Of a stretch of 16,717 nt of DNA, positions 9,253 through 16,717 are shown one piece after another. The first letter of the stretch is position 1; every line of letters starts with the position of its first letter. The notes beneath the pieces were generated by a model that was not told the DNA's origin, made no database searches, and was given only the letters and a program-made list of their open reading frames with translations. Origin of the DNA: Chlamydiia bacterium (GTDB lineage: Bacteria; Chlamydiota; Chlamydiia; Chlamydiales; JBMOFD01); contig JBMOFD010000039.1 of the NCBI GenBank assembly GCA_049314435.1, positions 1-16,717 of the forward strand, written 5' to 3'. Position numbers and translations under genes: made by a program.

Positions 9253-11031
9253 ATGAGCATGTCCACAGCTAGCGCTCGCCTACAGATGAGCCCTGTTGTC
9301 CTGACTACGTCGTATCAAGAGGGCAGTGAGGACTATCGGTCAGCTTCTCGACACATGACGGAGATAGAGAAGAAGACTGCCCAGCAACGGATCCAGCAGA
9401 CAATCGCGGCGCCCTCTTTTGAAGCCGAGGCAGAGCATCTCAGTGTATCATTGAGAGACGGATGCTGGGACAGTTCCATTATGCAAGAGGAAGAGCTACC
9501 GCATTTGGCTCGAGCGCTCTTATGGCAGGGCAAGATCGACGCCCTGCAATTCGATACCATTCAGACCTTTTGGGTATGCCGAGAAGTCTGTAGGACTCGA
9601 AGCCTGAGACTTGTGATGGTGCCGCTCTTTACTGATGGTAAAACCAATCCTCAGGCGTTTAGGCTGATTTTGGAGTCTATTCAGAGCGACTGCGCGTCTG
9701 CACTCCATTCCGGTATGGATTGGGCTACAACCATGGAAATATGCACTCTCTTTACAAGAGCCAAGGCGCTTCCGAAATGTGCCCAGACCCTATTTGTCTT
9801 CAACGACCCGAGTTTCTACAGTAGCATTGACCGTTATGTACAGACATCGATTGGGCAGTACTTCTACATCAGTGGGTATCGGGTACTGTCATGTGGCCGG
9901 GTGGATACGGTCGCCAAGGGTGAGGGTGGTCGAGAGGTCGAGGGCACGTCATCACTCAGCGATGGCACAAGCGGATTTTCCGCCGCTAGGATGCGGGCGT
10001 CGATCTATCTCGAAATGGAACTGCGTAGCATCCTCTTCGGAGACCTCGCGGTCAGGCCAGTGCCCGTTCTCGTGCCCAGTGGCGGGTCGCCCATCGACTC
10101 TTTTGCCGAGGGTGGGTTCGCACGAGTTCGAGATAGGGCTGTGCCCTTCCCTGGCCACAAGCCTCCAAAGGAGACCGATCGCAATTGTACATCGGCATTT
10201 CCAGACTCTGAAGAGGATGCTCAGCTTGAATTTGCCATCCACGAGGACTACCACCTTAGCATGGCATCATGTTTGCCTCAGTCCGTTACGAAAGCCTCGA
10301 TTGCCTTGGGCACGGATCTGCTAGCCCAGCCTAGCGTATTGACGAGTAGGAAGTCGAAAGACACTGCCCGACTCTGCAAGGTCGTTGGTGCACAGTTCTA
10401 CGATCTTGATGGGGGAAGAGCTTGGAGGCGTCTCACCAGGACCCATCCTCATGAGCCGGTTGACGCCATAGCTTGGTGCTATCTTGACGGCATCTTGGAA
10501 GCCGCTGTTTTAAACGAGTTCCTCGACAGGGTTCAGGGGGGGCCGTCTCGTTTCCAACTTACTTCGGAAATGCGCTATGTAGCCCGGCGAGTCAGCGAAG
10601 TGATCCACCTGCAGGGACTGTTGTCCTGCGGACCCGACACGGCTCTTCATTTGAAAAGCAGGGAAGTGGAAGGGGCAAAGCAGTTAGCTGAGGGGGCCAG
10701 AGCCATACTACCAACACTCTCAGCGATGCTTGGGTTGAGTTTGTATTGCGTTCTCCAGGACACCTGGAATGAAATCGAGCAGACGTTGTCACAATGCGAA
10801 TTTGCCGAGGACGACATTGATGGGAGAAGGCATTTTGAGGAGCTGCTGATGGCCATCGAGGAAGCATGTGGCCGAGTGCCACTTTCTCCACATAGTCAGC
10901 TGCTTTTTGAGAACAGCAGGACTCAGAGGCTCTCTGATGAGCAGAAGAAAATGTTGACAAAACATGCTTCAACCTACGGCAATTCGAACATGGTTCGCGA
11001 GGTGCGGAAGCTACTGGGCTTGACTACCTAG
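9253..11031 (+). CDS. hypothetical protein with HExxH (HEDYH) motif, possible metal-dependent enzyme/effector
   Basis: 592-aa ORF; Ser/Thr-rich N-terminus; FAIHEDYHLS at aa about 327-336. Confidence 0.7.
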   Translation: MSMSTASARLQMSPVVLTTSYQEGSEDYRSASRHMTEIEKKTAQQRIQQTIAAPSFEAEAEHLSVSLRDGCWDSSIMQEEELPHLARALLWQGKIDALQFDTIQTFWVCREVCRTRSLRLVMVPLFTDGKTNPQAFRLILESIQSDCASALHSGMDWATTMEICTLFTRAKALPKCAQTLFVFNDPSFYSSIDRYVQTSIGQYFYISGYRVLSCGRVDTVAKGEGGREVEGTSSLSDGTSGFSAARMRASIYLEMELRSILFGDLAVRPVPVLVPSGGSPIDSFAEGGFARVRDRAVPFPGHKPPKETDRNCTSAFPDSEEDAQLEFAIHEDYHLSMASCLPQSVTKASIALGTDLLAQPSVLTSRKSKDTARLCKVVGAQFYDLDGGRAWRRLTRTHPHEPVDAIAWCYLDGILEAAVLNEFLDRVQGGPSRFQLTSEMRYVARRVSEVIHLQGLLSCGPDTALHLKSREVEGAKQLAEGARAILPTLSAMLGLSLYCVLQDTWNEIEQTLSQCEFAEDDIDGRRHFEELLMAIEEACGRVPLSPHSQLLFENSRTQRLSDEQKKMLTKHASTYGNSNMVREVRKLLGLTT

Positions 11032-11231
11032 CTAACGGGCCGCTTGCAGTCCTACCACTATATGTCTGTCGTCAACGTACTGCCCAGGACAATGCCTTGA
11101 TCATCGACCTGAAGGAGGGCGCGCCAAGTGGCTGCTCAGACTTGTGTCGTAAGATCTTGCCAAGACGGGATTTGGAGCCGCCCGGATGATTTCGTTGTTT
11201 TTGGCTGGAGAAGTTTATTGATGCGGGCTAT

Positions 11232-11534
11232 GTGGACGAGCTTCCCTTCGAACTGCTAGCCGAGGAATATCCCAGCTTGCTCAAAGACTGGTATCCCGGA
11301 TACCCGGGCGAGCCTCGCATGATGACCGAGAAGGATCCCATAGCCGTGCGCGGTGTGGCTAAGGATGGGATCGTGACGCTGCTGGACGTACCAGGACTTG
11401 CAGATGAGCGCTTTCCAATGGAGGGACTTGCAGATGGCGAGCATGGGGTGTGGATCCAGCTCGGAGAAAGGGGCACGATCAAACTACATATCGTGGCTGA
11501 CTGGAACGAACCAGCTGCCGTTGAGTTAGTTTAA
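11232..11534 (+). CDS. hypothetical acidic protein, possibly 3' part of a disrupted gene starting at 11128
   Basis: 100-aa protein-like ORF, frame open back to TGA 11187; RBS AAGGAGG plus GTG at 11128 in another frame. Confidence 0.4.
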   Translation: MDELPFELLAEEYPSLLKDWYPGYPGEPRMMTEKDPIAVRGVAKDGIVTLLDVPGLADERFPMEGLADGEHGVWIQLGERGTIKLHIVADWNEPAAVELV

Positions 11535-11681
11535 AATTCCCAGTGAAGAAGAAAGTCAGGTTTGGGAGAGCGGCTGGACGAGAAGCTATCTCGTGCTTCT
11601 CTTCATGGGGATAGGCTTGAAGAACTTTGGACATGAGAGGAAGCGTGAGAGGTTAGCCCATAATCTCATGGGAGAATCCAA

Positions 11682-11726
11682 AATAAGTTCTAATTTTGCT
11701 GATTTTGTGCAAAATTCAGAATTATT
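11682..11726. promoter_or_regulatory. AT-rich inverted repeat (operator-like) upstream of AAA ATPase
   Basis: AATTTTGC (11692-11699) N9 GCAAAATT (11709-11716), extending imperfectly to about 18 bp arms. Confidence 0.4.
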
Positions 11727-11748
11727 CCGTGATTTGAGGCTGAATGCG

Positions 11749-13017
11749 ATGTTAGTCGAGTTTCGTGTAAAAAATTTTCGTTCCATACGTCAGGAGCAGG
11801 CGCTCAGTCTCGTGGCATCCAAGGATACGACGTTGCTCGATAGCAATACGATAGCAACTGACATTAAAGCTGTTCCCACCCTGCTGCGTAGCGCAGCTAT
11901 CTATGGAGCGAACGCCAGTGGAAAGTCCAACCTCATCAAGGCTCTCCAGTACATGCGGGGAGTGGTGGCAGAGTCCGCTACTATAATTCAGCCTGGACAA
12001 GCATTCAGTGTTCAGCCGTTCCGGCTCGATAGCTCATCCCCCCTCCAACCCACGGAGTTTGAGATTACCTTCTTGCTGGATGGTGTGCGTTACCAATATG
12101 GCTTTGCTCTAACGGCTGCGCGTATTGTGAATGAGCATCTGTTGGTCTATAAAGCCTCCAAGCCTCAGCGTTGGTTCGAGCGTTCCTGGGATGAGACCAC
12201 CGGTACTGACACCTTCGAATTCGGTTCAGGCCTCAAGGGTCCTAAACATGTGTGGGAGGGGGCCACCCGGGCCAATTCCCTGTTTCTGTCTATGGCAGTG
12301 CAGCTCAATAGTGAGCAGTTGCGGCCGGTGTTTGATTGGTTTGTCAACGGACTAGTCATTTATAATGAAATTTCCCCCTTGGCTCCTCAGTCTTCGATAA
12401 AGCTGTTACAACAGCCGGAGGGGCATGATGAAATCTGCAAGTTCCTGACTGCGGCGGATGTAAGTATTGCCAGCATCGAAGTGGTTACCGGCAAGGTGCC
12501 GGGACAGACCACTCGCCTCGATCGCGCTACAGGCAAGACGGAAGTGCACCCCGAAGAGCTAAGCGAGCACCAGTTGCGCTTTCATCACGTGACTGAGCAT
12601 GGGAGGGCAGAGTTTGATCTGATCGATGAGTCTAATGGCACTCGCAATCTATTGTTCCTCTCCGGGCCTGTTCTTGATGTTCTCAAAAAGGGTTTGGTTT
12701 TGGTGGTCGACGAGCTTGATACGAGTCTGCATACGCTGCTGGTACAACAGCTGGTACGGCTATTCCAGCAGCCCGAGATTAACCCGCGGGGGGCTCAGCT
12801 GATCTTTACCACGCACGATACTTCGCTGCTTAATGCGCCCCATCTTCTACGTCGTGACCAAGTTTGGTTTGTAGAGAAGGATAGCGACCAAGCCACTAGG
12901 GTTGTTAGCCTCTGTGAATTTAGCCCTCGTAAAAATGAGGCTCTAGAGCGTGGCTACCTGATAGGCCGTTATGGCGGGGTCCCTCTGCTGGAACCTCTGC
13001 TAGGACTCAAACCTTGA
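11749..13017 (+). CDS. AAA_21 / RloA-like ABC-type ATPase (AbiEii-related family)
   Basis: Family-typical start MLVEFRVKNFRSI with GAGG RBS (ATG 11749, not 11593); Walker A GANASGKSN, ESNGT, Walker B VVDELDTSLH, FTTHD, C-terminal YLIGRYGGVP. Confidence 0.9.
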   Translation: MLVEFRVKNFRSIRQEQALSLVASKDTTLLDSNTIATDIKAVPTLLRSAAIYGANASGKSNLIKALQYMRGVVAESATIIQPGQAFSVQPFRLDSSSPLQPTEFEITFLLDGVRYQYGFALTAARIVNEHLLVYKASKPQRWFERSWDETTGTDTFEFGSGLKGPKHVWEGATRANSLFLSMAVQLNSEQLRPVFDWFVNGLVIYNEISPLAPQSSIKLLQQPEGHDEICKFLTAADVSIASIEVVTGKVPGQTTRLDRATGKTEVHPEELSEHQLRFHHVTEHGRAEFDLIDESNGTRNLLFLSGPVLDVLKKGLVLVVDELDTSLHTLLVQQLVRLFQQPEINPRGAQLIFTTHDTSLLNAPHLLRRDQVWFVEKDSDQATRVVSLCEFSPRKNEALERGYLIGRYGGVPLLEPLLGLKP

Positions 13018-13058
13018 TGGGCCGTCTCGATCGCTCCCGGGTAGCTGGCTATAGCTGA
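13017..13058 (+). pseudogene. possible stub of RloB-like partner gene
   Basis: TGATG-coupled start overlapping ATPase stop; MGRLDRSRVAGYS then stop, just before the att arm. Confidence 0.35.
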
Positions 13059-13070
13059 AATAGGCAGGTT

Positions 13071-13103
13071 TTAGGAGGCTACTGTCCCGCCAGTGTCCCA
13101 CGG
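13071..13103 (+). repeat. arm-type integrase-binding-like repeat (left of att core)
   Basis: TTAGGAGGCTACTGTCCCGCCAGTGTCCCACGG; internal TGTCCC pair at 11-bp period; 27/33 identical to 13365-13397. Confidence 0.7.
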
Positions 13104-13206
13104 TGCGTAAAATTTGCGTAATCTGATGAAATCCCTCGTCAAAGAGAGGTTTTGACCAGAAGTGTTCTAGGTGACTTTGTCTCTTAGAGTGCGTTGTGGA
13201 TGGGAT

Positions 13207-13257
13207 TGGGGGCGGCTGGACTCGAACCAGCGGAGACGTGAGTCGAGGGATTTACAG
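13207..13257 (-). tRNA. 3' fragment of tRNA-Tyr(GTA), att site, not an intact tRNA
   Basis: Minus strand: CTGTAAA anticodon loop, TCCCT, variable arm GAC-TCAC-GTC, T-arm GCTGG-TTCGAGT-CCAGC, acceptor strand CGCCCCC-A; upstream AACGG cannot form the anticodon stem and the D-arm and 5' acceptor are absent. Confidence 0.9.
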
Positions 13258-13364
13258 CCGTTAGCAATTAATAGTCCTCCACAGCCATTCATCGGCAACT
13301 ATTGATGACTAAAGATGTTATGACAGCTCGTTTGATAGCTGAAGGTGGATGGAAGAGGGTGGTA

Positions 13365-13397
13365 TTGGGAGGCTGGTGTCCCAGGAGTGTCCCACGG
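13365..13397 (+). repeat. arm-type integrase-binding-like repeat (right of att core)
   Basis: TTGGGAGGCTGGTGTCCCAGGAGTGTCCCACGG; direct repeat of 13071-13103. Confidence 0.7.
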
Positions 13398-13659
13398 AAA
13401 ATTCCGGCCAACATGGCGATGTTTCAGATTGGGGGCGAGCCTGCTGCCATGGACCGCAGGGCAGACAGAACGCTGTCGCAGTAAAATATTTACAACCGCA
13501 TTAACACTTAACGATTCGGGCCCGCTTTTCTGCGGACAACCCCGACCACTTTAATTGCCCCTCTTCAGCAGCCTTAATAGTGTTATATATTTTAGTCTAT
13601 TTCAATAGAATGTCATATTTATTATAATACTGTCCATTTGCAAACAACGAGGGCATTCA

Positions 13660-15480
13660 ATGGATATCTCGCATGAGATGTATCTACCTTCTGAAGTCTG
13701 GCCTGACCACAGCATAGCGGTTTACTCCCCGTGGCCCATTGAAAAGACTCGTGATCAGCCATTTCCTGTTTTGTCCATCGGTGACCAGGTCCTTCTCTGT
13801 TCCGTTGATGTGGTGGATGACCATGCCCAGAGACCCCAGCTATCACAGAGCCCCGAAGAGGGCATCCGCTGCCACGGCGGCGTCTATTGTGGGCAATGGC
13901 AGGATGGCCAACGGCACGGTCGCGGGATCCAGTACTACGATGACGGCACGGTGTATGACTGCGAGTGGGATCGGGATGTGCCACACGGTCATGCAAAGCT
14001 GACCTTTCCATCGGGCGTTGTATTTGAGGGTGCCTTTGTCCACGGAGAGGTCTGCGGCTATGGGAAGAAGATCTATCCAAACGGCGGTGTCTACGAAGGA
14101 TGCTGGAAAGACAGCGTGAGGCATGGCAAGGGAGTCATGCAGTATGAAAATGGCACTGTGTACGAAGGCCAGTGGAAGAACGACCTGATGGAAGGGTTCG
14201 GAAAGCTGACCATCAGCCCAAGCGGCACCATCTACGAGGGCGAATTTAAAGCAGATCGGATGCATGGCCAAGGGACCTTGCGCTATGCGGACGGTACCGT
14301 CTGTGAGGGCGAGTGGAAAGCAGATCAGATGCATGGCCAAGGAACCATGCGCTATGCGAGTGGCATGGTTTACATCGGAGAGTGGCAAGACAATAGGCCT
14401 CACGGTCAAGGCCGCCTGACCTATTCAGATGGAGGTGTTGGTGAAGGGCATTTCGTTAATGGACAGCTCCATCATGGATATTATCGCGGTCATGGTGGCT
14501 ATCGAGGCGAGATAGTCGATGGGTGGAGGCATGGCCCAGGAACCTTTACCCTGCCGAGTGGAGAGGCTCTGGTCATGGAATGGAGAAGGGGGGCCTTCTT
14601 GGTGGATCCCCAGATGCCTGACTCGCTTAGAGCCAAGAGGTTATTGATCCTGAACGAAGAGGAGGCCGTAGACAGTGTCAGCCGGGTGACCTATCAGTGG
14701 ATCCAGGAAGACTGGAAGGAATTCACAGCGCAGTTGAACAGATCGTCCATTCCCACAGCTTATCCTTGGCTCGATAGGTTGATCCGAGCTGGTTCAGTCG
14801 GATTGTTGCCACACTTTGAACTGGAGGATCTGAACGAACAGCAGATGGCCCAGATCGGGACACTCAGCAGGCAGCACCCGGTGCTGCTCTTCGGCGGGGC
14901 CGATCGCCATGCCATGGCCTATGTCCTCTATCGTGAGGATCTCTACCTTTGCCAGCGTGCTGGCAATCGTCGTTTCCCAGATAAGAGGCCCATTGCCCGT
15001 AGGGCGCGGATCCACGATGGCCAGAATGAAACGGTGATTGGCTGGTTGCAAGGCATGATGAGTGAGGCAGAGGGATTGGAAAGGGTCTACACAGGGACTG
15101 AACTCCCGGGGGGATCGACTTTGTACGCAGAAGGGCCCGCGGTTTGCCCTCTCTTTGATCGTCCTCAAAGGACCCAAAGAGCTGCAAATTGCTCGTTCTT
15201 CTCACCTCTAGCCGGCACGCAGGTGGGTTGGACGCTCGGTATTCGGGAATGGCTTGAGTCGGGATGGGCCACGTTGACTAGCGAGGAGCAAGCTGCCCTG
15301 CGCGCCGCTGATCGGTCGGAAGAACCCCTGGACTTGGATCGAATGGCCTCAAAAGTGGGCGTCGATCTATACAAAGCCTTCCGACAATTCCAGAAGACCA
15401 AGTACGGCAAGACCGTTTTCGATGCAGACGTCCAGGTCGTGATCCCAGGGAATCCCACCGTGGTGACGCCCAGCGCCTAG
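13660..15480 (+). CDS. MORN-repeat protein with C-terminal putative cysteine-protease-like domain
   Basis: About 10 repeats YxGxWxxxxxHGxGxxxYxxG (nt about 13885-14570); C-terminal GGADRHAM...CQRAG...QRAANCS; AT-rich upstream with TATAAT 13623-13628 and GAGG RBS. Confidence 0.85.
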   Translation: MDISHEMYLPSEVWPDHSIAVYSPWPIEKTRDQPFPVLSIGDQVLLCSVDVVDDHAQRPQLSQSPEEGIRCHGGVYCGQWQDGQRHGRGIQYYDDGTVYDCEWDRDVPHGHAKLTFPSGVVFEGAFVHGEVCGYGKKIYPNGGVYEGCWKDSVRHGKGVMQYENGTVYEGQWKNDLMEGFGKLTISPSGTIYEGEFKADRMHGQGTLRYADGTVCEGEWKADQMHGQGTMRYASGMVYIGEWQDNRPHGQGRLTYSDGGVGEGHFVNGQLHHGYYRGHGGYRGEIVDGWRHGPGTFTLPSGEALVMEWRRGAFLVDPQMPDSLRAKRLLILNEEEAVDSVSRVTYQWIQEDWKEFTAQLNRSSIPTAYPWLDRLIRAGSVGLLPHFELEDLNEQQMAQIGTLSRQHPVLLFGGADRHAMAYVLYREDLYLCQRAGNRRFPDKRPIARRARIHDGQNETVIGWLQGMMSEAEGLERVYTGTELPGGSTLYAEGPAVCPLFDRPQRTQRAANCSFFSPLAGTQVGWTLGIREWLESGWATLTSEEQAALRAADRSEEPLDLDRMASKVGVDLYKAFRQFQKTKYGKTVFDADVQVVIPGNPTVVTPSA

Positions 15481-15492
15481 CAGGTCTCCGGC

Positions 15493-15665
15493 GTCCAAGG
15501 GAGTGGGTTCGCTTAAAGTCATCGATTTGAGGGTTGGCACGGGATTTCGTCTTGGACACCCTGGACGGGAGCACCCCCGTCCAGGGTGTCCAAGGCGCTC
15601 TATTGACTCTTTGGTCAGGCGGCCTGTTTTGGCACCCGGCCGCGTTACTTGGACCTCTTGGACCT
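15493..15665. repeat. origin-like iteron cluster with perfect 19-bp inverted repeat
   Basis: Seven CYTGGAC copies in both orientations; perfect IR CTTGGACACCCTGGACGGG (15551-15569) / 15576-15594. Confidence 0.75.
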
Positions 15666-16717
15666 CACCCGTTGGCTAACCAAATACCCGATGACTGCTT
15701 GCAGTGAGCCTCAAAGAGTTTTCTAGAGTGTTCCAATGAGGGGAGCCTGTACCACCAGACACGGATCCCACCGCAGGAGGGCCGAGCCTTTTCTACTCTA
15801 AGAATGCGCACCAGCACCTTGCCCAGCTCTGAGCTGGGCTCATACCGCATTCCTTCCCGTGTGCACCAGTCCTTGTAGTGTTGATACAGGAACTCACAGG
15901 GGAGTGATTCCCAAGACCCACTCCTTTCGGTAGCAAGATTGAAGCGTCCCTCACAGAGCGCTTCGAAGAGGTACTTCTCACAGCTGTCTGCACCCCTTAG
16001 CTTGATATCGAAGCCGTGGTCGTTGACGGGCATGGTGCGCGGATCAAAACTGCAGAGGTCCTCGTGGAGTAGGTCGAAGAGCAGGGCATTCTTTCCGTCT
16101 GACGCCATCCGGGCTTCGAGCTTCCGAAAGTAGGGAAGGTCCTCCTTACGATGAGGGGATACATTGAGGGCAAAGAATCGCCGGTCATCGAGGTCCATCG
16201 GAACGGGGACATCTTCGTTACTCGAGATGATGAGATGACGACAGTTGTCCACCTGGATGGCGTCTTGGCCCTTACCCTCCAGTAAGATGATCGGATCCGT
16301 GATCAGGGCTTTCAGTACACCAGCATCCTTGCGTGATCCAGACCAAGTGGCCTCATTGGCATGAATCAAGTAGGCGTACTTCAGGTGGTTGTTGAACTTG
16401 CCGGCTATGTGATTGAGGCTGTTGACCGTCATGAAATATGGGCCGAAGAGACTTCCGAAGTGCTCAACGAAGCGGTTCTTCCCGGTGCCTTGTAGGCCGC
16501 GCAGGACCAAAGCCGTGGCGAGTAGCCGCGGCTTCTGTACCACACAGGCCATCCACTTCCGGACGTATTGGTAGTGCTCCGGATGCCCTGCACAGATGAC
16601 CTCCTGGACATGCTCCCAAAATGCACCGCAGTCTCCTGGGCGCGGCTCAACGGCGAATCCACCTATGCCGATTGATGGAGGGCGATTCCAAGCTTCGGGA
16701 TCAAGAGGGAGGGTGGT
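15665..16717 (-). CDS. DUF5906 / primase-associated SF3 helicase (5'-partial)
   Basis: Frame open from window edge (55 extra codons upstream of 16552 including GFAVEPRPGDC...EVICAG...YVRKWMA); Walker A GLQGTGKN, Walker B IHANEA, motif C IISSN, DDRRF, C-terminal wHTH-like LYQHYKDWC. Confidence 0.87.
   Translation of the reverse strand, partial: TTLPLDPEAWNRPPSIGIGGFAVEPRPGDCGAFWEHVQEVICAGHPEHYQYVRKWMACVVQKPRLLATALVLRGLQGTGKNRFVEHFGSLFGPYFMTVNSLNHIAGKFNNHLKYAYLIHANEATWSGSRKDAGVLKALITDPIILLEGKGQDAIQVDNCRHLIISSNEDVPVPMDLDDRRFFALNVSPHRKEDLPYFRKLEARMASDGKNALLFDLLHEDLCSFDPRTMPVNDHGFDIKLRGADSCEKYLFEALCEGRFNLATERSGSWESLPCEFLYQHYKDWCTREGMRYEPSSELGKVLVRILRVEKARPSCGGIRVWWYRLPSLEHSRKLFEAHCKQSSGIWLANG

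Larger units (their letters stand above)
13258..16717. mobile_element. end of a tRNA-Tyr-integrated phage-satellite-like element (continues beyond window)
   Basis: Bounded by tRNA 3' fragment; contains primase-helicase and origin-like repeats; integrase not in window. Confidence 0.65.

Noticed and set aside
11593..11748. N-terminal extension of the AAA ATPase from the ORF track
   Set aside because: Family-typical N-terminus and RBS are at ATG 11749; upstream is AT-rich regulatory DNA
13207..13290. Intact tRNA-Tyr gene
   Set aside because: 5' acceptor strand, D-arm and 5' anticodon stem are missing; only the 3' half is present
13302..13554. Short ORFs of 60 and 69 aa
   Set aside because: Overlap the att arm repeat; no recognisable features
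13843..14409. 188-aa antisense ORF and other shadow ORFs inside long genes
   Set aside because: Antisense or alternate frames of well-supported CDSs; no motifs
15493..15665. CRISPR array
   Set aside because: Repeats are 7-9 bp in mixed orientation without regular spacers; no cas genes

Overview
Bacterial accessory region whose gene content suggests a eukaryote-associated, possibly Chlamydiae-like host (inference). Left to right: a small wHTH-like hypothetical gene, a hicAB toxin-antitoxin pair, a SNF2 helicase plus a SWIM Zn-finger protein, about 0.9 kb of non-coding DNA, and two effector-like orphan genes (one ending in the CaaX motif CSVM, one with HExxH) separated by a 154-bp MITE with 20-bp TIRs and a 9-bp target duplication. 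Then come a short, possibly frameshifted ORF and an RloA/AAA_21 ATPase whose partner is reduced to a 13-codon stub. At 13207-13257 lies the 3' half of a tRNA-Tyr gene (minus strand), an att site flanked on both sides by 33-bp arm-like direct repeats. To its right is a satellite-like integrative element carrying a MORN-repeat protein with a putative Cys-protease domain, an iteron/hairpin origin-like region and a DUF5906/SF3 primase-helicase running off the window edge. Main hypothesis: tandem tRNA-Tyr-targeted elements that deliver host-directed effectors.
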